Of a stretch of 64,000 bases of DNA, positions 39,419 to 51,888 are shown one piece after another. The position numbers and the translations under genes were made by a program. Origin of the DNA: Paraspadella gotoi. Lineage: Eukaryota > Animalia > Chaetognatha. Position 1 is the stretch's first letter; each line of letters opens with the position of its first letter. The stretch lies in the NCBI GenBank assembly GCA_051294375.1, contig CM119264.1:13784813-13848812 (forward strand), given 5' to 3'. Under the pieces are notes generated by a model. That model was given only the letters and a program-made list of their open reading frames with translations, was not told where the DNA came from and did not search any database.

Positions 39419-42064
39419 TCTCTCCCTCTTTTGCTTCCACCCTGCAGCGAAAATCATAAATGGGAAAGCAATTTTGCGGTCGACGTCGAAGCTTTGAAAG
39501 ACGTGAAGGAAAAGATCTTTCCAGTCGAGCGAAAACGAAGATGAAACCAATTAGAATCTTTTTTCATGACGCGTGAATATTGCACAAAACATTTCAATCT
39601 CTCTTTCTCTATTCTCTCTCTCACTCTGTTCTCTCTATCTTTCTTCTTCCCTCCTTCTGTAACTCCCACTGCCTTTCTCTCTTCTCCTCTGATTTACTGC
39701 AACATCACAATCCAAACTTGTGGAAAGGAGGTCAAATCACAGCTGTGCTGCTACGCAGCTGTTGAACTTGAAAATTGTGTGAGCAGAGANNNNNNNNNNN
39801 NNNNNNNNNNNNNNGTAAATGGGTAAATGGGTAAATGGGTAAATGGGTAAATGGAATGGGCTTATAGGGAATAAATGGAATCAATAGATTTAATACCGAG
39901 GATAATGCTTGGATTTGGCGGCACGCGGGAAATGGGGAGAAAGGATAGAATGGATTCGGTCGCGGGGGAAAAAGGTTGGATGAGAATGGAGAAGAAAAAG
40001 AGAGAGAAGAATGGCGATATCAGAGTTTGGGATGGGAAGTAGCACCAGCCTCTCAAAGAGAAAGAGAGCAGAGAGATAAGAGAGAGAGAGAGGGGAGAGA
40101 GAGAGAGATTTTGCATAATTTCATGACATGGTTTGCATGAGCCGACAGGCTTTCATTTTCTTGAAACTAAAGTATCTCGAAAACAGCAAGATGCCATAAA
40201 AACTTTCGAACCGTCACGGTACGAAAGTGAAAAAAATTATTCTGTCCAAAAATTGAAAGAAGTTGCCATCTTCTGAAATCAAAAGCGATTCGAAATACGA
40301 AATGTCAAAGCGACAATCTTTTTACGAGAAAACCGGAAGTCGGTGAAAATAGTGGTGAGGTTTATGTGAGAAAGAAATTTCATCATTCGGAATGGCGGGT
40401 ACAAATGGAAAACCGAAAATTTGAGAAATTTTTAATCTTGCCTTGGCTCACGACATCAAATTTTAATGCGATATGCATCTGAACGGGAATGGGTCTCATG
40501 CAGCAAGACTCAATTTTTTTCTGGCACTCGTTTCCGTTCGCGAATGACATCAAAAAAAATATTTACTATACTTTTAAAATCTGATGAAGTTAATTCATTA
40601 GTACATCATTAGTAAGAGAACTAACGGACATTGATCGAATTGTTTTTCGATTAAATTTGCTATGAAATCATAACTGACGGCAATAAATTAAAAAGGCGGC
40701 CTCATCACACGCAACGACGAAATTAAAAAAACGACCAAGAACACAAACCACCAGAGAAAAAAAATGCGGATAAAATGCGGAGAAAATGCATTAAAAATTC
40801 GAAAATGTCGCATGAGACGAAATTCGCGATTTGCGCTGATGAAATTGACGGAAACAAATTCGATAAAATCCAAGGTTTACATCACGCAAATCATCGACGA
40901 CGATGACGACGACAACGACGACGCTATCCATCAAGATCTTAGTTTATAAGCCGGAAACGTTCTTTGCATCCCTCACTAACCCCTACCCCCCAGATTTTGC
41001 TGCCTCTCCCCCCCTATTTCCGCAAAAATCGGTAAACATGCCAACGGCGACGTTTGACGTCGACGGCGACGACGACGATGACGACGAGAAGCTCCAAGTC
41101 GAAACGTCTCATAAACGAGATATGATCTGCTTTTCCTTCGAGATTGGAACCACGGACAACGAAGGGGAAGACGACGACGACGACGACGACGACGACTCAA
41201 AATCGAAAGCATCTTCCGCAACGCAGTCGATCACTGCCTTTTTGCTTGGTTTCCGTTTGGTAGTGGTATTGGGACTCTCTCCGCTCCCACGTTCCACCAA
41301 AATGTTCCTTTCGCCCTCATGGAATTTGAAAAGTCGACGCGGTCACGTGCGGCATTGAACCGTATCCGAATCCGGGATCGCCTCTCGTCCCGCATCGGCT
41401 CGATCCGGCTTCCGGAGAAAAGGGCGGAAGAGAAATGCGACGCGGAAGTGGGGAGGCGAGGGCTTGGTGGGGGGCGGAAGGGAGGGAGGAGCAGTTGGCT
41501 CCATCGAGATCCCTCTTTCGATTGGAGCAACGGAAAATGGCGAGACGGAAAGAATGAGGGGGAAAAAAAGGGCAAAAGATTGCGCGACACTAATAGCCGA
41601 GAGTTTAACGAGGACAATAACCTAAACAACATCAACACCACTTGTTTACTATTCCAATTAGTTCAACTTAGGAATCCAATATCAATAAAGCAAAAACGGC
41701 TACAGCTACGACAACGGTGGCAGGGGCGGCAGCGGCGGCAGCGTCGGCAGCCGCGGCGGAATTCAATATCAATAGAACGCGCGTCGTATTTTTCTATTTC
41801 GTTTTGATAAAAATCTTTCGAATTTCGTTCTCCTTTTTTTCTTGCCTCCACAAATATTGCGGTTTTTTTTCTTTTTTTTCCATTTCTATTTTTCGGTCAT
41901 GTAATGTGCCGCCTTTTCTCATTTTTTTTTCACCCATCCCCGCGAGGGGGCGATTCCTCATTCGAAGCCTCGAGTTCCTTTTCGTTCTTTTTTTTTCAAA
42001 TTCGGTCTTTTGAAAAAAAGTGTTTCTGAGTCCGAATGATTTATTTTCCTCCCACCCTTGCGCG

Positions 42065-42162
<98 letters not shown>

Positions 42163-42416
42163 CCTCTTTTCTTTCCACCCTGCAGCGAAAATCATAAATG
42201 GGAAAAGCAATTTTGCGGTCGACGTCGAAGCTTTGAAAGACGTCGAAGGAAAAGATCTTCCAGTCGAGCGAAACGAAGATGAAACCAATTACAGAATCTT
42301 TTTTCATGACGCGTGAATATTGCACAAAACAATTTCAATCTCTCTTTCTCTATTTCTCTCTCTATCTTTCTTCTTCCCTCCTTCTGTAACTCCCACTGCC
42401 TTTCTCTCTTCTTCCT
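36968..42416. repeat. Direct duplication 36968-39687 / 39815-42416 between N-gaps
   Basis: Colinear near-identical sequence, both copies starting in (AAATGGGT)n. Confidence 0.85.
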
Positions 42417-43657
42417 NNNNNNNNNNGCTCATGAATAATAGATTTCCTTAGGAGAAAAACGAGTCCGTCCTGGCAAAAGACTTCTTCGTCGGCATCATCT
42501 TCTTCTTAATCTTCTTCCCCATCGTCTTCGTCTTCGTCGTCGTCCTTGTCCTCCTTTTCGTCATCATCATCCTAAACAACCTTGTCCAGGTTGTCGTCGT
42601 CGTCGTCGTCGTCGTCGTCGCCTCCGAACGAAAAAAGATTCCAATTTGCGGCTTTTCGGAGAAAAGCGGCGAAAGACGACGGCGCCAGTGACGCTTAAGT
42701 CGCGCGCTTCTCATTCTCGTCCATCTTCACGTTAACCACTCGAACCTTACCCAGTACCCATTCATTCTTCTAAGTCTCCTTACCCTGGCACCACCTTTCC
42801 AAAACGTTAGTAATTAAAGCTTCTATTCTACTATTAAATATTGATATACATCCCTCTCCTGCTACTTCCTTCCTTGTTCAAATCTTTTTTTCCAATATAT
42901 AATAATCTCTGAACTCTTTTTACTTGGCGCAGCTCTCGAGACTCAACCAACCCTTTTCGACCTCAACCCCAAAAAAAACAAGCCGAGCGACCTTCCGCCC
43001 TTACCTAGCGTTGCCATGACAACGTCACCTCCTGGCTGAGCTCTAAAAACCGAGTTCGTTCTCTCGGGAGACGTTAAACCCGGAAAACGTGAAATCGGGA
43101 AAGAGGAAAGGGAAGGGGAAGGGAAGAGATTTCGTGAAAGGAGACGTAGGAAGGTTTTGTGTCGAGAAAGCGTCTTGTAAAAAAAAAAAGGGAAAGTGTT
43201 TAAAGAGAATATACGTCGAGAAATAATAGGGTTTTTTTTAATTGGAAGAAAAAATATTTACGTTTATACCTTGGAGCCTTTTTTCTTAAGTATGTGGGAG
43301 AGCGCTAATATCGATTGGAAGATTAATCTCTCTTTTGTTGAATTTTGTTTTGTTATGCGTAATAAATAAAGGGGAGTAACCAAGACAAAGCTTTTAAACG
43401 AAATATAACGCAATAAAATCTTAAAACAAATTAAATGAAAGAAAAATTTCTCATGATAGTTTTCAAGCTGCAGCTTTTAAGATCCAGAGCAAAAAAAATG
43501 ATATAAGGGAAAGAAGACGGAAGAAATGAGAAGCGAAGGAGAGAAAGAAAACAGATGGAAAGAGAAGAAAGATAAAGATCAGTTGACGGAACTGGGAATG
43601 AAATGGGTGGGAAGAGAGGGGAAAGATTGGGGAGGAAAGGGAAGGGTTGAGAATGGA

Positions 43658-44003
43658 GGGAAAAGTAAAGGAAAGTAAAGGAAAGCAAAGGAAAGCAAGG
43701 AAAGCAAAGGAAAGCAAAGAAAAGCAAAGGAAAGCAAAGGAAAGCAAAGGAAAGCCAAGGAAAGCAAAGGAAATCAAAGAAAAGTGAAGGAAAGTAAAGG
43801 AAAGTAAAGGAAACCAAAGGAAAGCAAAGAAAAGCATAGGAAAGCATAGGAAAGCAAAGGAAAGCAAAGGAAAGTAAAGGAAAGAAAAGGAAAGCAAAGG
43901 AAAGTAAAGGAAAGCAAATGACAGCAAATGACAGCAAAGGAAAGCAAAGGAAAGCAAAGGAAAGCAAAGGAAAGCAAAGGAAAGCATAGGAAAGCAAAGG
44001 AAA
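43658..44003. repeat. (GGAAAGCAAA)n 10-bp minisatellite
   Basis: Direct reading. Confidence 0.95.
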
Positions 44004-44479
44004 GGGAGCAAACCCGCGGTTTTAATCTTTGCCATCTGAATCGAACGTCGCGTCGTTACGACGTCTCAGTTTCGTCGTCGTCATCGTCGGCTTCGTCGTC
44101 GTCATCGTCGTCGTATTCGCTTCTTGATATCAAACTGAGCCCAAAACCCATATTTCCTCACCCCATCGCCTTTTCTTTTCTTCCTCATTCGATAGCGATT
44201 ACTTCCCGCCGTCGCGAAATTCTGAGAGGAAACTTCTCTCTCTCTCTCTCGCGACGCAACCCCACTCTCTCCCGAGCAGATAGAATCTAATCGGGCGCTT
44301 CCTTCTCGCGACTTCTCAATGTCTTCGATCCGGAGGATCTTTAATTCCAATCACGTGACTAACTCGTTATTCTTAATCAAACGATGGATCGACGAATCGG
44401 ATCCCTGACTTGATATCCCCTTTCACTCGCTTTCTTTTATTTTTTCTTTTTATCGGTTTATATTTCTTCTATTTTTCAG

Positions 44480-44585
44480 ACGTACGGACTAAGAAGTAAG
44501 AAAAAACCCGGGGTCATCACGGACTACACTTACGTTGACTACGTCGAGATCAGCAGTCCGGCGTTCAAGGCCGGAATGAGGGCAG
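44480..44585 (+). CDS. GRASP: GRASP/tamalin-CYTIP-like protein, PDZ exon (TYGLRSKKKPGVITDYTYVDYVEISSPAFKAGMRAG)
   Basis: TTTCAG acceptor. TYGL...V..SPA..AG..GD pattern of the GRASP/CYTIP PDZ domain. Phase 1 donor matches the next exon. Confidence 0.85.
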
Positions 44586-45069
44586 GTCGCTATTTTGCTT
44601 TCTTTAATATGTTTTTCGCTTTGAAAAAACAACTACCAATTTATAAACCAGAAAATGAGAACGACGTCGCATTTTATCCGAAATATTTTATTGCCTTGTT
44701 TATAATTTCGTCCCTGAGCAATCAATTCGTTCTCTTTATAAATATTTCCCAGTGCACTCTCACTCTTCATCCCTTTCTCTTTTCCCATCCGTCTCCATCT
44801 CTAACTATTTCTCTCTCCCACCCCCCCTCCATTGAAAAAACCTCAATAATGAATCGGTTCATTAATTCCGCGGGCGATTGATGAGCTCCGTTGAAAATCC
44901 TCTGGGTTTTCGCTTCATCATCGATGCATCCAAACCGCATCCGACTTCCTATTCCTCCTATTTATTCTTCCGCTTTAGCTCCATTCAATCTCGCTGCCCC
45001 CTTTTCCGCAAAAACATCATTGGGGTTTTATTCTATGTCTAAAGCAGCAGCGAGCGGAATTAAAGCCCC

Positions 45070-45320
45070 TGTGGCGGTATATTCACACCGCCTCACGTCC
45101 ACCATCCTTCCGCTAAATCCATTGGCTCTGAGGGGGAACACACCATCCCAGGCGTAGTGTTCCATCCACAATCCTAACGACTTGTTGGCAAAGCGAGACC
45201 GTCCTAGGGTAGCCGCGCCAGTGACTGGAGGCGTCACTGAGGGTCGGAAGCCCCCGAAGCCAACAGTGAGATGCCCCATCCCAATGGGCATCACAGGCAA
45301 CCTGGCTGTTGCCATACCCC
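45070..45320 (+). mobile_element. Family C: GC-rich, hairpin-rich ~250-bp element containing a twister, inside the PDZ intron
   Basis: Compositionally distinct from the intron. First 21 nt TGTGGCGGTATATTCACACCG recur at 35016-35036. Boundaries approximate. Confidence 0.55.
45182..45266 (+). ncRNA. Twister ribozyme (P5-type with P3), family C
   Basis: TTGTTGGC AAA GCGA GA CCG TCCTAGGG T^AG CCGC GC CAGTGAC tggaggc GTCACTG AGG G T CGG AA GC C CC CGAA GCCAACAG. P5 8 bp, P3 7 bp, T1 CGG/CCG, T2 GC/GC. UAG replaces UAA and P2 has one mismatch. Confidence 0.8.
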
Positions 45321-45559
45321 GTTCATTAAAACCCCTTTCAAAAAGTTTTATTTGGTTTTAAAAACGAATATCAAGTTTCGGATAAAAATATTACTCTACG
45401 ATATTTAGCCAAAGAAAAAAGGCAGAAATATCATTTTCACTTTCCTTTCTATTTATTCCTCATTTTTCCCTTCCTTCCCTTTATTTTCATACCCCCTTGT
45501 TTTTTCTTTCTTCCGCTTTTTCCTTTCTTTCCATTATTTTTCCCTTTATCCTCCGCCAG

Positions 45560-45720
45560 GCGACATCATCCTCTCCGTGAACGGATGCCTAATCGAGAGT
45601 CTGCCCCACGTGGAGGTCGTCTCCCGAATTCGCTCGTCGACGCTTCCGCTCCGAATGGTGCTGCTCTTCGAAGACTGCACGCGAAAGGTCGATCTCAACC
45701 TGAGGCACCTCAAGTTGCAG
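45560..45720 (+). CDS. GRASP: GRASP-like exon: PDZ C-half and start of leucine zipper (DIILSVNG...LFEDCTRKVDLNLRHLKLQ)
   Basis: GD.I.SVNG..H.EVV..I PDZ motif followed by the RK.EL..R...L zipper typical of GRASP/CYTIP. AG/GT boundaries in phase. Confidence 0.9.
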
Positions 45721-47581
45721 GTCTGTTTGGATGAAACTGGACAGGTCTTAATGGCTTTTATTTTTTGTGTTTTTTTTTTTAATTCTTTTATATTTTTTAA
45801 AATGTTTATTCCGCTTTTTTCCAATTTTTGAGTTCGAGGTTTCTCCAAAATTATTGTATATATAAAAGAAATAAAAGAATAAGAGTGTTTATCTTGTAAA
45901 CGCCCATAACGTCCAAAAATTCGTGGTGCAAAATATTTTAGCCTAATCGCGGATAAGGCGTCGACCTTCGAAAATACGTCAAGCGGTATCGGACCCACGC
46001 TATCCGTATTCTCATCGGGTTCCCTCCTTTTTATCGATTCTACTTTCGGCTTACGTCCTCTTATTTTCTACATTTTATAGAAAATTGCAAGAATATTTGG
46101 TTTTTTGTATATTATCTTTATTAATGATATAAAAATTAACTTTGGGGATGAAAAGTTCTTGTTTGTAAGTCAATATTTTTTCAAAATCTTCCAATTTTTT
46201 TTCGTGTTTTATCCTCTTTTGGTTCTTTTTTTTTTCAGTTTACCCTAAAGCCAAGTTACGATTCCCGTTCTCCTTCTGTACAAACGAATTATTTTCCAAT
46301 TTCCCGCCTTTTTTTTCGTCCTACCCCTTTGCCCCCCTGCCCCTGGCCCCCCCAACCCACCTACACGTTTTCCGCCATGAGTAAATCTTTTCATTCTTTC
46401 CACCATTCCGATTCTTCCCTTCTGTATTTCTCGTTTTTCTTTTCCCCAAGTTTTTTTCCGCCCATTTGCCTTTTCCGGTCTTTTCTTTTTCTTTTCCAAA
46501 TTTGGTTTCTTTCTTCCACTTCCATTTTTCCGGCAAAAGGCTTCCACCCTTTTTCTCTCCATCCGGCGCCGACGAAACGAACACAAATCTCCGGAACTGC
46601 TTCTGTTTCTTCCCCCCCCCCTTGGACTGTCGACTTCTCGGCCGATCGACGAGTTGCCATTGGATCCATTTATTTGCTTCTTGCGTTTCCTTGGCAACCG
46701 GTTTTCATTCCCTTGGTTACTATTAATATCGATTCTTTCATATATATAAAGAAGAAAACAGTTCTTTGAAACTAAGAATCGTATAAGCTCCAGTTTTATT
46801 TGAAACTTTTTTCATTCTAAACGTTTTCACGGTTAGCTAATTCTCGTTTACATTGAAAACCGTTTATTTCCGTGATACGGAAATCGCTCCCGATTATTTC
46901 ACCCAGAAACATTTCCGTCCTAACCATTATTCATTGGCCCTTCTAAAAAGTTCCCGCCCACCCTTTTCGGAGCGAAACATAAGTCAACTCAACGCGATTT
47001 TTCGTTTTTCTTTCGTTTCCAGTTTTATTGTGTTTTGGGTTGTTTTTTTACATCAAGACGCGCGCGCGCTCATCGTATTTCCGTTTCTGTTTCTCCGTTA
47101 TTTCTTTCTTTCTTTACTTTTCTCCTTCCCTCCGAACCACATCTTAAAAAAATTCCACAGAAAGCAAGAAAGGAATTTTACGTTCCGCGTTTCCCCGGTT
47201 GACTTTTCCTTTCGTATCTTCCCACCCTTATTTTCTTTTTCCTCCCTTTTACGCTTAACTTCTATTTCAAACCTTCCTCCTTTTCTACCCTTTTTTCAGT
47301 TCACAGATTCCTCACCGCCATTTCCTCTTCCAAGTTGCCCAATGCTTCCTTCCTTTCCGCCCAAACCCTTGGGCAATTGGCCAATTGGCCAATTGGCCAT
47401 ACCTCTAAAAAAATACATAAAAAACATAAAAGTAACAAAAAAGACCCCCCCCAAAAAAAAAGAAAAAAAAGAACAAAACAAAAAACGATAACCTAAGGGG
47501 AAAAGGGAAAAACCGCTGATGGACGCAGGTTTGTCGCGGTTTTTTTTTGTACCCTGGCTGTCTGTCTGTTTTTTTTCTTTT

Positions 47582-47638
<57 letters not shown>

Positions 47639-48202
47639 TTTCTTTCTTGTCTTGTCATTACTGTACTTGCCATTCTTACCCGTCAATTACTTCAATATTT
47701 TCTTCTCTTCTTTTTCTTTCTTTCTTTCTTTCTTTCTTTCTTTTTTACTTTCTTGTAACTACTTGCCCTTCGTGATGTTTTCCCGCCTAATTACCATCAA
47801 AATTGTCTCATTATATGAACTCATCACCATCCTTTTTTTCAACACTCATATCTCTTTATTGACATTTTCCGGTCATTCCTTCTCGTCGTTGCGTCGCGTT
47901 GCAAAGTTTTACCAATTTTTAAAAAGAGTAGTTTCTCCTTTTTTGCTCTCTGTTTTGCCTCCTCACTGTTTCGAGTTGTTTTTATTTTGATTTTCGTTTT
48001 CTTTTCCTTTTTTTTTCTGTTTTCCGTCAAAGTTGGGATCAACTTTCGTCGGTTGACCTCAAACATTTCGACTCCAAGGCTGAATACGACGACGGAAACG
48101 ACGACGACAATAACGACGATTTACGTAGACGTAAAAAAACAACAACACAATTATGATGTCTCCCTCTCTCTCTCTCTCTCTGTCTTTCGCCTTCCATCTC
48201 TG

Positions 48203-48277
<75 letters not shown>

Positions 48278-48655
48278 AAAATTAAAACATTGCCAGGTGC
48301 CCACAAGTCAGGCGGATGTCATCCTGACATAATACATCATTATGTGTTTTTTTCGTCGTATTAAGCCTTGGAGTTGGAATATTTAAGGTCAACCGACGAG
48401 AGCCGTTCACGACCAAAGACAATTTCGGACTCTTCCCGTACGCAATTATTTTGGCAATCGTCCCTTTTTCGTTTCGTCCACGTTGGCGTAGATTTCGTTG
48501 GCGTAGATGAAGCAGATTTTGTTGATATCGTCTGGGATGATGAAAAGGGATTTTTTTCCCGTCACGAATTCGACTTTGTTCTTCTGAGTTGGATTATGGA
48601 TTTGTGATTTGATCGGTGCACGTGCATTCAGATAGCGAGAGACGGAGAGAGAGAG

Positions 48656-48695
<40 letters not shown>

Positions 48696-49155
48696 GTCAA
48701 AGCGAGGGAGTCATGAAGGGCAGGGACGTGCTTTTCCTTTCATGTAGGCGGCTCACTTGTTATCACTGATCTAAAGCGATTTTTGGCGTGGTCGTTTGAG
48801 AATCAAGAGCAAGCAGAGAAGCAAGCAACCATCTAAGGGACCCGCCCTTACTAAGCGCTATTTCCTGTTTGTTATAAAAAAAGGCGAGCCCGAAGAAAGT
48901 GGGCGAAAAAAAAACAAACCCTGAAAACAAAAAAAGAAGAAAAAGAAAGAAAGCGAGGAAAGAAAAGACGATTATGTTGTTGTTTTGTCTGGTTTTGTTT
49001 ACTTTTTTGGAAGGCAAAGGGACAAATGAAGCTTAACGATTGGCGGAAGAGGGAGCTGGCTGGCCGAGGTCGGTTTAGGCTGGGGGGAGGACGATTGGGC
49101 GAGAATGGATGTTGTGAGAAGTGATAGAAAGAAAAGGGATGAGGAATGAAAAGGA

Positions 49156-49242
<87 letters not shown>

Positions 49243-50004
49243 AGAGAGAGCCCTTTAAAAAGTAGCAAGGACCCAAAAATAAGTAAAGGTGGAGGGAAAA
49301 CCGCAAAGGGAATTGACTTTGTGTTTCGCGTTTCGAGTGAATCCATCCATCAATAGTTTCTGTCGATCATGGAGTCACAAAGAGGAATCATTTGGTTTCT
49401 TTTCTTTTTATCGATGAAAAACCGACGTCAAGTTTCGCGTTTTCTTACAAAGACGAAGTTTTTCAATTCATCGTCGCTTGAATATCACGAAGTCTGCAAC
49501 GAGCCTCGATGTTCGAAGGAATGAGATTAATCCGAAGCCAACGCGTCTTCCTTCAGACCGCATGAATAGCAATCGCGCAATGACCCGAAATCGCCGAGCA
49601 GCAGAGACTTCTGTCGGCGGAAGAGAAGAGAGAAACCGAATATCGGAATCTCATTCGGTTAAGAAACTAGACAAAGAAAAAAAAATCGAAAAAAAAAGGG
49701 AAACGGTTTCGTCGTCAACGGAAAAAAAAAGATGAGGTCGTTAACTTGAGAGAAAGTTGGGGCGAATATTGAGAAAAGGAGGCAGAAGAAAAGAGAGAGT
49801 TTGAAGAAAAAGAGAGAGAGAGAGAGAAATAGAAGAGACGAGAAAAGAGTCGGAAAAACCATTTCACGCTTCAACATCATTTATTTATTCCATTTTCTAC
49901 AGGGTCGTCCGTCTTTGTTTTGTTTTTTTCTTCAGGGTATCGTTTCGTTTGATGACACCAAAACTTCAATCGATCAATCAATGTCCCGTTTTTTCTTTTG
50001 ACAG

Positions 50005-50091
50005 GATCTGTTGAGAGACAAAGTCTTTGAACTCCGGTCTCTCTGCGTTCAAGAACGACGAATCCTCGAGGGCCTCACCCGATTCGATACG
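50005..50091 (+). CDS. GRASP: GRASP-like exon: coiled coil (DLLRDKVFELRSLCVQERRILEGLTRFDT)
   Basis: Matches the L.EK..E.RSL.VQE.R...GL cytohesin-binding segment. ACAG acceptor, GTAAGT donor. Confidence 0.85.
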
Positions 50092-50243
50092 GTAAGTTCG
50101 AGAACTGAACAACTACCACTAATATATCACAGAATGATAGGTGGCCAAGACCAAGTGAAAGAAAGTTTTCCTACGCCATTTTTCGTTCACATCCGTACAT
50201 TGTCACATTTCGTTCGTTTCTCCCACCTCCACCAACTTCCAAG

Positions 50244-50543
50244 GTGCCGACTTCGCCATCGACGCCGTCGACGACGACGAAGACGCCCTCCTCTCGGCCT
50301 CCTTCGGCATCTCGGGTCTCTACGACAGCGACTCTCTATCCTCGGCGCCCTCCGTCGCCCGCGCGGGTTCTTGCAGCGGCAACTGCCACGCCGCCTGCAA
50401 CGCCTTCTGCGGAATCGAGCAGATGGACATCACGGATTCCGGTTTCGTCGGCGACGACGAAAAGAGAGACGATGACGACGACGAATTCGACGACGAGAGA
50501 CGAAAGTCCAACTCTGTCTCCAGCAGCAGCGTCGACGAATCAG
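50244..50543 (+). CDS. GRASP-like exon, acidic low-complexity (ADFAIDAVDDDED...SVDES)
   Basis: AG/GT bounded, 300 bp. The phase-1 frame links to all downstream exons. Confidence 0.6.
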
Positions 50544-50652
50544 GTTGATGGAGTGGAGTGTAGTTGAGAAGAATGTTTTAATAAGAAACGAATGTTAGTC
50601 ATTTCACATTAGGGATTAAGGATTTGAGATAAGAAACGTTTTCTTTGTTTTC

Positions 50653-50700
50653 ACAACGAAGTTTTAATGAAAAATATCACCGACATGTTTCGGTCTTAAC
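50653..50700 (-). mobile_element. Truncated Penelope-type repeat remnant with 3' half of a minimal hammerhead (GACCGAAACATGTC)
   Basis: Resembles the arm of the 57812-58061 inverted repeat. CUGANGA half is missing. Confidence 0.4.
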
Positions 50701-51056
50701 CAACGAAAAAGAAAGGTAAAATATACTAATACTACTATGGATTAAGGATTATAAAAGGTTCTAATCATTTATAATTTAACCGGAACAAACATGAAATTAT
50801 TTTTAAAAATAATCGTCCATAGGCCTTGATTTTGTACATTAATCTCCTCGAGTCGAAATTGCGCCATTTTCTGCCTAATCCTTCCTTTTTCTCCGACTCT
50901 ATTTTTCTCTAGTTTCCCTTATTTTCCTTTTTTTTTTTGTCCTTTCTCTCTTCCCTGATTCTCGATCCTATAAATCCGACCCAAAAATCCCCTCTCGCCG
51001 CGTCGCCCCGCCTTCCGCCGTTCGGTTCGCGACCGTAACCCATTTCCGTTTCTCAG

Positions 51057-51176
51057 TCGGCAGCTGCGACACCGGAAGCGGCGGGACGGCGGCCGGGAGT
51101 CGGTCGTCGCTGCCGGCGGCCGCGCGCCGAGAATCCTCATCCTCATCTTCCTCCTACAGGACGGCGAGGAGTGCCG
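51057..51176 (+). CDS. GRASP-like exon (GSCDTGSGG...YRTARSA)
   Basis: CTCAG acceptor, G|GTAAAT donor, 120 bp, phase 1/1. Confidence 0.6.
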
Positions 51177-51293
51177 GTAAATAGAAAACGGAAGGAGTAG
51201 GAGTTAACTTTTCCATTCCTAGCTAGAACCAACTCATTTTCTACTGAACCGTTTCCATGACCTTTTAAATACTCCTCTCTTTCCGCTCCTCAG

Positions 51294-51747
51294 CTCCCCT
51301 CGACTCCTCTCTTCGCTCCAACGGCGACCCGCAACTCCGTCTCCTTCGCGACCTCGACTACCTCGTTTTCCGGCGTCCGACGCTCACCGGCGACGCCGTA
51401 GCAACGGCGCCGCAAAACGATCACGGCGCCGTAGCCAAAGCGGAGCTCCATCGACACGACGACGCTGCCGTGACGTCTACGCCTCTCTCGGACGCCGCTG
51501 GTCGCCCTGCGTCAGGATCTCCGGATCTTCTTTCGGCGTTTCCGGCCGTGACGCCGCGTCCGTTCCGACATTGCGGAGACTTTCACCGAAAACGGTCGGG
51601 CGCCAATGGGTCGTTGCTTGGCAACGACGAAGAAGACGACGACGAGACGAGCGTCGATCTTTCGATCGACTTTGAGAAAGAGCACGTGCGGTTTCGTCTC
51701 GACGGAAGTTCGGTGCATCTTGGATCGATGGGCGGAAGCGACGCTGG
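51294..51747 (+). CDS. GRASP-like exon (PLDSSLRSNG...SMGGSDAG)
   Basis: CTCAG acceptor, GG|GTGAG donor, phase 1/2, contains ORF 51470. Confidence 0.65.
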
Positions 51748-51888
51748 GTGAGCTGAGTGAAATGAAAAGAAATGCAATCAAAATATAAAAAAATAAAATT
51801 ATAAACGAAATGAATAACAAATCATAACTGCTACGAGATAACGAGAAACCGAAGAAAATCAAAAACAAACATTTTTTTTCGGCAACAG

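Noticed and set aside
39688-39789. Cys-rich coding-like segment before a gap
   Set aside because: Too short, truncated by Ns, no recognisable homology.
43431-44035. Hydrophobic 188-190 aa ORFs
   Set aside because: Translation of the 10-bp minisatellite.
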